64,000 bases of DNA, taken from Pseudovirgaria hyperparasitica (taxonomy: Eukaryota). The notes beneath the pieces are model-generated. The model had not been told where the DNA came from, searched no databases, and saw only the letters and a list, made by a program, of their open reading frames with translations. The stretch is taken from the NCBI GenBank assembly GCA_010093815.1, contig ML996566.1; one strand, 5' to 3'. Shown piece after piece: positions 33,312 through 46,876 of the stretch. Every line of letters begins with the position of its first letter. The stretch's first letter is position 1. Both the position numbers and the translations under genes were made by a program.

Positions 33312-35184
33312 GATGTTGATCGGTCGGGTTATTTGTGAGAATCGCGGATCAGAAAGGGGTTTATGTAATTTGCTGTTGGAAGACGGCAGCCGCGTATTCT
33401 AGCACCTGTGGTACTACTCTTGCTTGAGAATCAGAATGGAGCTTGCACTACTTTGGTTGGGTTTGATCGCACGAGGTTTCGAAGTGGATAGTGTTACAGA
33501 ATAGGGCGAGTTAGACGATATTAGGTGTAACGGAAAGGCTTCAGACTCGGTCTGCGGTGCAATGACGTCGCTTGGAGCGATATGAAATAAAGATAGGACG
33601 ACAGCAGCAGGCCAGAGAGCAATGAACAGTAGATAAGAGAAATCGGGCGGAGTTGCGTGATGGACGTTCTGAAGCTGATCCAGAGTTGCGCTGAGCTTGT
33701 CTTGAATCCCCGGAACCTGAGCTACCTGATGGTGGCTTGCAATTTCCAAGCAATGAGGAGCTCAATTGCAGTGAAAGCAATGGCTAGACGAGGATACAGT
33801 GCGCGCAGAGAACGGAGAGGCAGGGTGAGGCCAGCAATTGGAAAAGGAGACGTAGAAGCTGAAGGACACGAGGGAGAGAGGCGAGATCTAATCGGAAGGT
33901 GGTCATTACTAGCGAGTCGGGTCCATGTCCCACCCCCCCAAGAGCTTGGAGAGCTGGGCAGGCTGGCTAGGTTAGTTGCCGATATTGGGACAGCTTACGT
34001 CCGCGTTTCTGACCACCCACCTTTTGCTATGTGTGCTTCAAGAACTTTAGATCACTTGTATAATTAGTCTACAAATTGGACGCGGCATGTACATCCCGAA
34101 TGCTATGGGATCGCGGGGATCGATCTCCGAGGTGCTCAATGTTCGTCTGAGCTGCTCCCGTCGCAAATCTAAGGGACAATTCCAGATACACGCATAGTGC
34201 ACGGCATGGAAACTTCTGGCTCCATCCAAGGTTATATTCTACTGCGTTTGAAATCATAGAAATTACAAGCAATGTGGAAACAATCTCAACCCAAAGAGGT
34301 GGTGTCAAGCCTGAAGATAGTCATGACAGACAGGGGGTCTGCTGAGGCCACGCAGCCCTTACACTGACATACACATTATATACAATCAGTACCTAGGTAC
34401 CTTGCCTCAAACACAATACCGTCTTCTTTCAGTGTTTCACTTTTTGAATAATTCCACTCAAGGCCAGATCATCTGTGCTACCATTATGGTTGTCTAAGAG
34501 CCGCCCAGCTCGTCAAATATTTGTAATATATGGAACATGCGGCTCTACAATTCATTGCGTTACTATGTTATTCACTCTACTTGGTCTAAGCAGCGAGAGC
34601 GAACATTTTGAGGTACTTAATTACAAAGGGGCGAGCATCATTGTTCATAATAAGATTCGACTCGGGTGTCTTCATGCCGCAAGCCAGGCCGCGTGGGTCA
34701 AATGAGTTTTGGACTGTTCGCTTCGAGACAGAAGGACAGCATTGAGGGGAGTGCTCTTAGGGACTTATAATAATACTTTCCAGTGAATACAATACTGAAG
34801 AATTTCGTTGAGAATTCGTTTGTTTAGTGTACAGAGAAGAGCAAACAGCGTCTGTAGATGCCTGGATATCAAGGCATAAAGCCGCACTTTCCTCGTTTCA
34901 GACAAGATCATTCCTCCCATGATTGCGCGCGCCAGGGAGCGAACAATCCGTTAAAGCTATCAACCTTCATCTCCCAACGGCCAACGCGACACCATTTCGC
35001 AATTCACACCGCGCGTCGCGGCCATAACTACACACTCTTTATGCTGCAGCTTCCTCTGATCGTTCATTCTATCGCATTGCGCACGCGCGACACTTCATCC
35101 ACGGCTCGAATTCTCACCACACAAACAACGCGTTCTCCGGGGTCCTGGTTTAAATAATCGCTGTCTTAGCAGCTTTTTCCGAAG

Positions 35185-37030
35185 ATGATGGCAACGACCG
35201 AGAAGCACCCACCGCAGGCGTTCATGTCAAGTTATGCGCCGCGTTTGCGCCAGTACGGAAACTCCCTCTTGACTCCAGTCATTCCTCAGGCCACAGCTCT
35301 ACCTACAACAAGGACGACTAAAAGAGGAACAACCTTGATAAATTACGCTGAAGATGGATACGATGAAGATTTTGACGACAGCGAGGGCCATCGACGACCG
35401 ACAGGTCTCCGCAGTCTGAGACGCGACGAGACTCAACAGAACCCCGTTGCGCATATAGCGCAACTTGGTAAAGAACTTACTGCGCCGGTCGATGTGCAAG
35501 GCATATGGAGGGACTGGATGGGAAAGCCAAAGCGTGGCGTGTGAGTTCTAGATTCTCCTGGGAATGTCCTGAGATTAACATTGTGCTTCAGACGGACAGA
35601 AAAGCAGCTTCAAATACAGTCCATGTTACCATTGACACTGATTCCAATTACGATTAATCTTAACATCCAATCTTTCCGCCCAGATCCCGCTCTACCAACG
35701 CCACATAATGCGAAAGACTTTGGAATTGATGAGAGCCTTCCTGCATACAAGTATCCGGAGCCTACCCCTCAGTACCGTTTGAAGGACACTTTTTTATGGA
35801 ACCTACACGAGGCTTTGATGACTCCGGATCAGTTTGCGAAAGTTTTCGTGGATGAAATGGACTTTCCGGCCGACAGAAAGCTTGCTCTAGTCATGCAAAT
35901 ATCACAGCAGATCAGGCAACAGCTAGAGGAGTACGCGGGTGTCGCTCTACATCCCTTGTTTCACTCAACGACTGCGACTGCGACCGACGGTACCGCTGTC
36001 AAGCAAATACTTCCTGCTCATGCGCGGGCTGATTCATCTGCGCCTGCGTCTGCAAGAGGTGGTACACCTCTCACAAACGGATTCAAAGACGCTTCAGGAA
36101 CTCAGACACCCTCGGTAGCTCCCGCCTCAGCGGATGTCACATTGACGGCAAATGCAATACCAGAAGAAGACATACACAGCCCTGACGATAGCTACCGCTG
36201 CATTATCCACTTAACCATCAACCTTCAGAATCGTCTCTACACGGATAAATTTGAATGGTCCCTGCTCCATCCACCCGGCTTCGCGGAAATTTTTGCGAAG
36301 CAAACGTGCGCAGACTTGGGGTTAGCAGGAGAATGGATACCAGAAATGACCCACGCGATCTACGAGGCTGTTCTGAAACTCAAGAAGGAGGCGTGTATCA
36401 ATGGTGGTCTGGTAGGATATGGAGAGATTGACAATGACGCCGCGGGCCCAAGCGAAGCCGGCTGGAGATACGACCACGAACATCTCGCAGACGAATGGGA
36501 GCCCAAGGTGGAGATTTTGTCCAAAGAAGAGATCGAGCAACGAGAGGCTGACCGGGAACGCGATGCGCGCAGAATGCGCCGGGACACGGCGAGATTCTCC
36601 AGTACTGCGAACATGACTGCTGGGGTACCACAAAATGACTTCTTTGCTACTCCGGATGCAAGCGAGACACCGATGGGTCGGGGAGAGCGAAGTAAAAAGA
36701 AGAGACGATTCAGAAGTCTTTCCCCCGTAGGCAGAGAGACCCCTGAAGCAGGCTATGGAGGCCAAGGAGGTGGATTACAAGAAGGGGAACGCCAGTACTG
36801 GCGATGTGCTCACTGCGCTGTGTGGGGTACTGCTGTTTGGGCTGTCCGTGATGGCCCAAGCGGACCTAGGGTAAGCTCTACACAACATCAGCAGAAGATG
36901 ATGGCATGCTAATAATATCTAGACCCTGTGTAACAACTGCGGCCTTCTATACGAGCGTGACAAGCAGCTGCCCCCTTGGTCTCACAACCTATACATTCTC
37001 GAAACTGCGTTTGGCACGAGAAGAGTTTGA
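35185..37030 (+). CDS. SFH1: RSC chromatin-remodelling subunit Sfh1 (SNF5 domain + C-terminal GATA-type zinc finger)
   Basis: TTKRGTTLINYAEDG, KDTFLWNLHE, DKFEWSL, CAHC..VRDGPSGPR/TLCNNCGL. Introns 35541-35591 and 36871-36922. Confidence 0.92.
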
Positions 37031-37458
37031 GGCCCCTTTAGTGTAGTCTTTTGTTTTCGTCTTTTGATATGTACAGTACAGCATAGCAAGCATGGCGTTC
37101 CGGGCCGGATCCAATTGGGTTGGAATTGTAGGTACAGAAAACCCTTGCTTAGGGAGCCAGCTTCATGGGGCTATATTTCCCATGACCCAGAAAAACACAT
37201 TTATTACAGGGTTTCATGTTATGAGAAAGTCTTGGTTAGACATCCGGATGGTCTGTTAGATAGCCAAAGAGGACTAGATCCTCTCATATCTTTGAAAATC
37301 ACATATCATTTGATGCCTCATGCCCTAGCCCTGGTATACCGCTAAAACTGCTGAAGGTCTGAGGATATTGTTCGTTTGAGATGCCCACCGCAAATCGTCC
37401 CGTGGAATGTACCCAAAATAAGAAAGCTGCCTACATCAATCTGGTCTACTTGCCAGAC

Positions 37459-38199
37459 CTAAGGCTCCCGTTTCGGACTCTTCGCCCGCTCCGCACCGGC
37501 CCAATCCTCCTCCGCACCCCTCTTCCGCTGTCCACTCCCCGCGCCAACAACAGCCTCGATACTTGGTCTCGCGAGCTGTCCTGGATTCGGTCTTTGCTGT
37601 ACTCCTCCCTGTTGCACAGCGCTGCCTCCTCCAAACACACCGTTCGCAGGACCCGTCAGCGCAATAACATTATTATTCCCGTTCACCGTGACGCCGCAGT
37701 TGATAGTGATGTTCAGCGGGCGCGTATCCCGCCGGAGGCCCATATGTGATTGTTGCTGTTGTTGCTGTTGCTGGGCAAGGACACCATGTATCAGAGCGCC
37801 CAGCCTCGCCGTCTCGACGCGCGGCATGGCGACGCGGTTTCCGGTGCCGGTGATGGTTGTCGAGGCATTGATGTGGACGGATGTGGAGTCTTCGGAGACT
37901 TCGTCGTCGTCATCGTCATCGCCGTCCATGGACTCGAGGTCTGAGTCGTTGATTACTTGTTCTGGGAGGAGGGGTATGGTGTTTGGACGGGCTGGTTGCG
38001 TTTGACGGGGGGCGAGGGAAGGCATTTGGACGTTGTGGATGCCTAGACCTGTCGGTTGTATGCCTGAGGGCTGTCTGGAGGGCGTTGGGCGAGCGGTGTA
38101 TGGTGGTGGTGGTGGCATCTCGGTGTGTCTTGGCTGGTTATGAGACAGTAGGGAGAGGGGGAGTTTGTGGAGGGCGTGGCGGATGGAGGTTGGGTCCAT
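37459..38199 (-). CDS. Hypothetical protein (PPPY motif, acidic tract, two N/G/T-rich beta-strand repeats, poly-Q)
   Basis: ATG at 38199 (MDPTSIRHAL) in AAAATAATG context; open to 37459. Confidence 0.7.
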   Translation of the reverse strand: MDPTSIRHALHKLPLSLLSHNQPRHTEMPPPPPYTARPTPSRQPSGIQPTGLGIHNVQMPSLAPRQTQPARPNTIPLLPEQVINDSDLESMDGDDDDDDEVSEDSTSVHINASTTITGTGNRVAMPRVETARLGALIHGVLAQQQQQQQQSHMGLRRDTRPLNITINCGVTVNGNNNVIALTGPANGVFGGGSAVQQGGVQQRPNPGQLARPSIEAVVGAGSGQRKRGAEEDWAGAERAKSPKREP

Positions 38200-39578
38200 T
38201 ATTTTTGAAAGCGAGTATGTTTGTGTTTGTGCGGTGAAGGCAAGTGTCAATCTTAGAGGCTTCGCTTTGCTAGGAAGATATGCCGAGTTGACTTGGATCG
38301 TGAAGTGTTGAACTATTATGACGAGATGGAGACTGGGTATCAAAAAAGTAGAAAGACTTGATCGACGGTAGATGATGGATAGATAGATGTAAGCAAGTCG
38401 CAAGGCCAAAGTCACTGAAGTCTGAAGTATACAAAGACAGAAACAAGAGATTGAAGGCACTTAGACAAGGTTATAAGTAGATGAAAACTATCTAATGTTG
38501 AGGATGAAGGACGGCGAACTATGCTCCTATTCACACATGTACTACTTACCCAGCGCATCGGAACGCCTATTGAGGGCTGCTTGCGCAGACGTTAGGGCGA
38601 CAAAGGACATAGGCACTGCATTGGGGAAAATGCAGAGCCGCAATATCGGATCTGAAAGAAGCGTGCGTGTGAATAGTAGCAGTGGAGCAAAGCCTGCAGA
38701 AGCCAAGGTCCGGATGGTCGAAGCTTGCTATTCAGGAAGTTCTATTGTGCCCGTCGCAGTGGTTGACAATAGCAATCCACTCGCAGTAGCGCACGGCGTT
38801 TTCAATGGCTGGGACCCCTTGGCTCGGGCATTTGCACGACACAGGACACGCCACTCGTATTATTCCTGAAAGGCGATCAGGCAAAGAACCATAATTCGTG
38901 ACTCGTGAGAGGCTATTGAAGGTCTGAGGCAGACCCGGCGGATTATAGGCCTTTTACTCAAGTTGGAGAGATTCTACCGCTTAACTTAATTAAATACTCT
39001 TACACAACCACGCGGTTGTATCACTCTCCGTATTTGACCCGGCCGCATGTACAAAGGTATGGAATGGCATTGTTACATCGATTCTGCTATTGGAGTGTTG
39101 GTGTCTTAGGGCCTTGGAACGGGTGCAACTACCCAGGCTTTAGGGCTTTGACCCTATGAATACCTGAACCCAGCCTCTGGCCTATCGTCATACTGGTGTG
39201 TCCTTCTCTTGAGACTACTAGTATTCTCGCCGGCCGTGATGATGATGCCATTTCTCCATTGCGAAGAACTTGGCATGCCAATGGGAACACCGGCACTGAA
39301 ACCTCCAACTCTCTGTCGCTACTGTACTGCTCTGCCGAGGCCACAGCCACCCGTCCTGTTAACCAACAAGACTCTCGCAGATCCGCCATCGCTGCTTGCG
39401 GCTGCTCAGGCGAACCGCCTATCTCATACAGGCATGATGCGTGGCGTATGGAAACCATCTCATCGATGCGGAGTGGTGCTTGGCATGTCGCCCATAAGAA
39501 CTCAAGCTCGGTCCTGATCCTGCTATCGTGCAGAGGGCTGTTTAACGTCACTTTCTGGTGCTCTATTCGTTTGTGAAT

Positions 39579-41135
39579 ATGAAATCCATTCTGCTGGCTG
39601 CTGGGCTCGCCAGCTTTGCTACTCTTTCAAATGCACAGGATTGCGCGTCGACTTTGTCTGCCAACTATACTGCCCCAATCTTGGCAGACGGCTACCGCGC
39701 CACCTTGATCGCAAATCAACTCGAGACTCCTCGCTCGTTGAAGTTCGATTCGGCCGGACATCTCCTCATGCTGCAACGATCATATGGCATTGTATCTTTC
39801 ACTTTGACTGGTACGGCGCCGTGTCTCACTGTTTCCAGTACGAAGGATATCCTAGCCAACACTTCAGTAAGCCCCAGCATGTCTCGATATACATATTGAA
39901 CTTCCATCTCAACGCATAAAACAGGTCAACCACGGACTCGAGTTGTCTCGTGATGGAAGAACTCTGTATGCATCGGATCCAAACGGTGTATACGCCTGGA
40001 ACTATGATGCTGAGCGGCAAGAACTGACATCTGATGCTCGCCGAGTAGTGACCACGGGCAGCACAGCAGACGGCCATGATACTCGGACACTCCTAATGTC
40101 CCGCCAAGTGGACAATATGCTTCTTGTCCATTGGGGATCTCAGGGGAACATAGATCCTCAAGCTCTAAATCGAAGTACCGGTATCAGCTCGATCAAAGCC
40201 TTTAATGTCAGCGATCCGAGTGTATCATACGACTATGCCTCTGAAGGGATTCTGATGGGTTGGGGTCTTCGTAATTCAGTTGGCTTCGGTGAAAATCCAG
40301 TCACTGGCGGTATCTTCAGTGTGGAAAACAATGTGGATGAGTTAAAGCGTGAAGGCAGAGACATCCACAAGAACAACCCAGCCGAAGAGCTTGTCAGTAT
40401 TAAAGAGCTACAATAGTTTACTTTACCCACTGATAATCTTCTCAGAACTTTCACGGCTATCTTAACGGCACCGAATATGCGAATCAAGGTGCGAACTTCG
40501 GCTATCCATCTTGTTTTCCAGCTTGGGATGCTAGTAGCGTTCCTGGCTATGACGGACTCAAGACTGGTCAACAGTTTGCCATTGGCGACCAGAATGATAC
40601 CGTCAACGATAATATTTGTCGCGAGGGTACTGTGCCGCCGCAGCTCAGCTTTGCTGCGCATATGGCTCCATTGGACATCAAGTTCAACACCGAAGCAACA
40701 GTTGCATGGGTGACGTTCCATGGTAGCTGGAATCGTGACGATCCGCAAGGCTATAAGCTCTCAGCTATTCCTTTTGACAACTCCACCGGTCTGCCACTCG
40801 CCGCACCTGACAGCAACGCTGGATATGTTGACATTATGTCGAATCAGGACCTCTCAGAATGCCCGGATGGCTGTTTCAGGCCCGTCAGTCTGGCCTGGAA
40901 CTCTGAAGGAATGCTCTTCATGACTAGCGATAGCACCGGAGAACTCTATTTGATCTCAACGAGTGACAACACTCCTCTCAACGACGCACCACCACCGACA
41001 CTGACGAATGGCGGGGAATCTCCACCAACCTCACCTTCGGAGCCTTCTAGCACACCAGGAGCTGCATCTGTTGGCTATGTGCCAGACTCTTGGTTCGTCG
41101 GACTGGTTTTCCTAGTCATCTCCTACATCTTGTAG
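39579..41135 (+). CDS. Secreted PQQ-dependent sugar dehydrogenase (glucose/sorbosone dehydrogenase, CAZy AA12-like) with putative GPI signal
   Basis: Signal peptide; LETPRSLKFD, VNHGLELS, GHDTRTL, GWGLRNSVG, NNPAEELNFHG, HMAPLDIKF, FHGSWNR and CFRPVSLAW. Introns 39867-39924 and 40393-40445. Confidence 0.88.
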
Positions 41136-41740
41136 AATAATGTATCATGACAGGTGACGACTCATGACCCATAAATCAAATGACGAAATTCCAGATGCGC
41201 ATTTTATGTCCACGCATGGACATAGGAAGGCACGATTATTCTGATCATGATAGTTGAAAACACAGCACTTAGTTCACCTGAGCGAGCATTTGTCATGTGT
41301 ACTGCACAGAGCAATTGTTAATGATTTGGGCGAACTCCCTTGTGCGCCTTCCCCTACCCAGAGAATCAGCTCGCTTGCAACTTTGGAAGTGACATTGTAC
41401 ATTTTTAACACACGGTTTGGCTGCCGTGTCAATTTGGGCTCACTCGCCTGCTGTTCCCTTGCTCCAGTCCCCACATTTGCAAGAGGTCCACCAACATTTG
41501 TTACTATCGTACCTTCAAGTGAACAACTGACCTATTGCGCTTGGACCACGATATGATACCGTAACAAGCAGCCACTCTTGCCTGTCCTCATAGCTCAGCC
41601 CAAACCACTCGAGGGATCACAGCGCGAGCTTCATCTGCTTCTACTCTCACACACACACACACACTCTCTCTCTCACTTCCCAGTCCGCCTCATTGCATGG
41701 TCATATGCTTCGCGATACAGCACAGCCACAGATCTCCAGA

Positions 41741-43228
41741 ATGGCATTCAATATCCTACCGATTGAGGTATGCTGTGTCTGAAGGATTCATGGTTGTAGT
41801 AACCCTGCTAATTGAATCAGTTGAATCAAGGGATTGCCTCCTTCATTGCAGACGATAGAGACCTTTGCGCCTTCCGATCGATCTGTTCTGCAACCCGCAA
41901 TGCCATAGATGGCGATAAGTTCTCGTTTTGGCGATCTAGATTCAGAGAGCATTTCGATCTAGTGAAAGGCGTCGAAGCGGAGAAGCTGAGGAGGAGATAT
42001 CAGCACCGGATGAGACACATGCGCCATAACGATACTACCAGATTCTCGAAAGGATCTGAAAGACAGAGCAAGTCTCTGCTCAACATTGTCAAAGATCTGA
42101 TTCTAGGTACGAGAAAGTTCTGTTGTATTGTCACAGATGCATGCATTAACCAGTGCAGAATCCTTCAATGGCGACTCAAAGGATGTTCATGGACGACCCA
42201 TGAGCAAAAATCTCCAGCACTTACAGAGACTCGCTCTCCATGGTGACATCGTCAAAATGTTTCGTCCTGCCTCAAAGCACCTTCCCATGGACGAGGTGCG
42301 TGAGTCGCCTCTCCTGGAAGTACTTCAACTAGTGCTGAGCCACTTGAGTCTGAACTTTCAGATGGACGCACCGGAGGTGCACTGCTTCGAAGCGTCGCAG
42401 AAAATGACTTACGCTTCCGTAGAGGCTGAGCCAATCTTCAAGGCAAGTGGTGCAGTGAACTATACTTGGCTTCGACACACAGTGAACTTCTTTAAGTATC
42501 ATTTCACGCAGTGTGCGGACCGTAACAGCTTGCTACCTCACTTCTTGGCTGACCTCAATGAAGATGAGCTTCCTTCAGCTTGGACTGATAAGCTTGTGGA
42601 TGAAGTGGTCGCACTTGACAGGTTTTGGAAGGGAACATATGCCTACCAGGATATGTCTGATCTCAGAGAGATGCGAGCAAGTGACGACGGGCTGCAAGGC
42701 CAATCTGATGGCCACCTCGCGGATGAAGATATGAAAGACCCTATCCAGACTTTAGCACTTGACTTCGCTCAAGCTGGAGATCGCGACCTCTTCTGGCCAA
42801 TAGCCTTTGAAGATCATCTGAATGCAGCTTTTCAGACTAAGCGTCAGAAAAGCAGGCGTGCTCAGCTGCGCTCAAATGGCTCCAGATCTGTTCCAAGCAT
42901 CAATGGCTTGTATTTCCAAGGACGTGGAACAGACGATGAAGAGTTCCTATCGGCAGGCTGGTTGAATCAACTTCCTACTCAGCAAGGCATTCCTGGCTGG
43001 AAGCGCATGACGATGATGAAGTATTATCGCTGCGAAGATACGGGTGCAGTCGACGTCGACGCTCTCTGGGCCTACGAAGGCATTGTTCTACCAGGCAACA
43101 AGATCATCTTGGGTCGTTGGTGGGCTCCTGGTTCAGATCTGGATGGGCAGTCTTACTCTGGTCCTTTCATTCTGTGGAATGTTGCTCCACCCAAATCCGA
43201 GAGAGCAGATTCTGTGATGGAAGGTTAA
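41741..43228 (+). CDS. F-box-domain protein
   Basis: Spliced N-terminus MAFNILPIELNQGIASFIADDRDLCAFRSIC. Introns 41768-41820 and 42107-42158. C-terminal GWKRMTMMKY..WAYEGIVLPG..ILGRWW..GPFILW. Confidence 0.75.
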
Positions 43229-44087
43229 TCGAGAGATAGATTCGCTGCCTCCGTCCAAAGATCCGCCGCCCTTAGCCACGACGCCAGCATTGCCATTAGG
43301 TCTCACGATGTACAAATCGTGGCACTACACTCAGCCTAGGTGAGGTATTATGACCCTTGTCTCATCAATCACTCCAACAAACCTCATTGGTCAGCGCGTC
43401 TTGCATGTCCTCCATCCACGATACCAAAAAGCCACTGAACACATGCAAACTCAGCATTTGTTTATCATCAGCACATTCCTTACATATCTCCATCATCTAC
43501 CCAGACTTTCATTCAGCATTGTTTCCGAGCCAGCATGCACTTTTGCACTTCTACAGTCATTCTCACCATCTACTGCATATGACCTCCAGACATCTTGCGA
43601 GCTATTCGGACTTCACTTTCACTTCGCTGGATAGAGAAATCAGTCATTTACTTTGGTTTAGTGTTTTTAAAGCAGGTACAAAGGTGTGGGCTATGGCATT
43701 TCGTTGGCGGTTTGCATATTGCATGTATCTTCGAGCGAATACTACAGCTATCACGGCGTTAGGACGAGCGTAGTTTGACATTTGTTACTCGACCAGCGTT
43801 GGGTACCGAACCGCTACAAAACATTTGCACTTTATCAATAAGGAGGGGTCTTTACAGAAGGGGTCTTTAATACTTCAATACATCTTCGTTATCATTTGAG
43901 GGTATATATACCTCCCGTCGTAGGCTCTCTATTATATGCACCGCAGTAAGAACGAGACCACTTTTCGAAGAACCATTGGGTCTCGCTCACAGCTTTTGAA
44001 GCCGCTCGGCCAACACAGTTCTAGTATGAGTTGGATCGTATTCCTTGGACGTAAGCCGCTTATATGTCATGTCGGTTCTACAGTCTC

Positions 44088-45257
44088 TCATTCCTCAAGT
44101 TTCTTGACCAGGTCCCACCCACCGCTGAGTCTCTCCTTCCACAGACTGACTCTGTTATCGCCCGTACTAACAGCTAAGATATTTCCGCTTAGACTCCAAC
44201 TTACACGCCAAGCGACAGCGTCAAAGTTGAGCGTTGTGGACTTCCATTCGCCAAGCGCAGGGTTGGTACTTGTCCATATACGCACTGTCTTATCCTGTGA
44301 CGCAGACGCAATATAGGATCGCGTAAGAACGGTAGGCGACCACGCGACATCACGAACCCAATCCGTATGACCAGTAAGCGTGCATGTCGAGGTATACGTG
44401 TTTTGTTCCGCACTGTCCCCACTATTAGCATCACTCCGCACGTCTCAAGCCTACAGAGACAACATACTTCCACTCCCAAATCTTCACCAAGCAATCGCTT
44501 CCTCCCGTCACGAACCTCCTCGCACTGCCCACTACCATCCCACTCGCCCCCGTCAACGCGCCTGGAACCACGGCCGGCGACCAGCTGACACTGTTGACCC
44601 CAATCCCATGCGCCGCAAAGACCATCGGGCTCCAGCTATTCTCCTTGAACTCCAGCACACTGACACTCCCATCGCTGCTCGCACACGCAAGCACACAGCC
44701 CGCCTCATGCGGCGCCCAAGCAACCAGATTGACACTCGCCGTGTGCAGTCCAAAGTCGTATACGCGCGTCCAGACAGACGCGGACTCGCGCCAGATGAAG
44801 ACCTTGCCATCATACGAGGCCGAGGCCAGGATGTTGCCGAATTTGGGGTGTGCCCAGGATACGCACCAGACGGCGCCTTCGTGGCCGGTGAGGATGGAGG
44901 TTAGCACGTGCGAGTCGGCAGTGACGTCGAAGATTTTGATGGTTTTGTCGGAGGAGCAGGTGGCGAGGCGGCGGCCGTAGTAGTCGAGGACGGCGTCGTG
45001 CTGAATGGTGGTTAGAGGGTTGTGCCCGGTGAGGAGGTCCATGGATGGGGACGGGAATGTGGATGTGCATTTGGGAGATTTTGCGTTGAGGTGGCGTTGG
45101 AGGGTGTTTTGGGACATTGGGATGGTGGAGAAAATGCTTGGGTATGGATTTGAGACGTACGATCATGTCATCGTGCCCGGCGTTGGAGATGACTTGCGCC
45201 TAGATATCATAGTCAGGAGGGCTCGGGGGAGCGGTGCGGGAAGCGGTGACGGACCAT
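44088..45257 (-). CDS. SEC13: COPII/nuclear pore WD40 protein Sec13
   Basis: [62 protein letters not shown]. Introns 45254-45200, 45160-45001 and 44467-44413. Confidence 0.96.
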
Positions 45258-45751
45258 GTTGTTGACAATTGAGCAGGCGTGACGAGGGTGGAGGGTAGAT
45301 CGGATGGAGGCGAGGTGAAGGAGAAGAAAAGGGAGACGTTTAGAGCGGAGTGGTGTTGTATTAAGCGTTGCCTGCGAGCTCTCGATGTTTATTGAAGCTG
45401 GGAATACCAATACCACGTTTCGCTGTCAGGATTATCTTTCTGCCGCCCCCGGAAATTCAGGGTGCGTGCCCTAGGTGTGGTGGTGCACCCGTGTTCGGAC
45501 GCCACACTTTCAAACCATGGGTTGCGCGCGCCACAGCAGCACTGCGGAAGGGCCGACCGAGGTTCGTTCACGAGACAGCATCAGCATCCGCGCAATTCCT
45601 TAAAGTGCGGCTTTTTTCACTCATATACACTTACATATATCTCTCTACTCCTCCACCAGCTCTGACCTCACCTTCTGTCTGTATTCTGCTGTTCTGATCG
45701 TATCGTCCGTCGCTACCAGACACATACTACTCCCTTACCTCGATCCCCACC

Positions 45752-46876
45752 ATGGCCGACGCCCTATGCGGCCCGTCGAATGCGCTGCAGAACTTCCAGA
45801 AACACGCATCCACAGATCGTACACTGCAACAAGACCGTCTGACATCACGGCAGAGCCCTTCGCAATCCTTCAGGATCAACGGACCCAACGCTGGTCTCCT
45901 CGACCCTGAATTCGAAGCATTCCAAGCCGGTCATAACACCCCAGCGCCCATCATCCAGCAGGGTCCCCAATTCGACTCTCGATTCCAACATCCACAGCCA
46001 CATACGCACCCAGGGCAGCCCTCCACACCCTGGGCGTCGGACTTCCAGAGACTTCATATCTCCTCACATCCGTCGTCCCAGCAGCAGTCCCGGCATGTCA
46101 ACTTCTCCGGACAGACGCCCGCGGGCGCATCGTCATGGCATTCGGACTTCATGATGCAGCACAGCGCCCCTGCGCCCACGCCCCAGCAAAGCTATTCGTC
46201 GCCCATGTTCGGCCCGTCGTTCGGCATGCAGCAGAGTTACATGCAACGACCCATGTGTCAGAGCCAACCACAAGAGCAAGAGCAAGAGCAATCTGCCGCC
46301 AAGGGCAAACAAGTCCGACAAGACGCCGCCTTTGACGAAGCAGCCTTTGAGCGCGCCTTCGAAGCCGCACACGCCAGCATGCAAGTGAAAGCTGAAGCTG
46401 AAGCCGAAGCTGAAGCCGAAGCTGAAGCCGAAGCCGAAGCCATCAGACTCGCACAAGACACATCCTCCCTCATCGCCGCCGCACAACACTACCTCAACCA
46501 AGACGCAGAAATATACAACAACCTCATTCCCAACTCCCCGACTGCGCATGCCAGTATGCTCGACCCCCTCCTCGCTATGCCTCAGGACGCCGTGGCTGCA
46601 GAAGGAGAAGACGAAGAAGAAGTGCAGCACAACCAACCCCCGAGTCACTCGGACGAAGAGCTCGCCCAGACCGCAGGCCGCCTCCTCGAAGCCGTCGCGG
46701 ACAACAAGTCGGACAAGTTCGCGCAGAGCACGTTCTTCGGCCTGATGCGCAAGCTGCGCGACCACGAAGTGCGCGTCGAAGGCGAGACCATGGTCGACGT
46801 CGTGCCTGCCGCGCAAGGGCCCAGCAGCAGTAATATCCAGAGCAACACAACGGTCGACGGCGCCGGTACGTTATGA
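45752..46876 (+). CDS. PEX20: Peroxin 20 (PTS2 co-receptor)
   Basis: N-terminal conserved Cys (MADALCGPSNALQ..DRTLQQDR), two WxxxF motifs (WASDF, WHSDF) and a Pex7-binding box KFAQSTFFGLMRKLRDHEVRVEG. No TPR domain, so not Pex5. Confidence 0.88.
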   Translation: MADALCGPSNALQNFQKHASTDRTLQQDRLTSRQSPSQSFRINGPNAGLLDPEFEAFQAGHNTPAPIIQQGPQFDSRFQHPQPHTHPGQPSTPWASDFQRLHISSHPSSQQQSRHVNFSGQTPAGASSWHSDFMMQHSAPAPTPQQSYSSPMFGPSFGMQQSYMQRPMCQSQPQEQEQEQSAAKGKQVRQDAAFDEAAFERAFEAAHASMQVKAEAEAEAEAEAEAEAEAIRLAQDTSSLIAAAQHYLNQDAEIYNNLIPNSPTAHASMLDPLLAMPQDAVAAEGEDEEEVQHNQPPSHSDEELAQTAGRLLEAVADNKSDKFAQSTFFGLMRKLRDHEVRVEGETMVDVVPAAQGPSSSNIQSNTTVDGAGTL

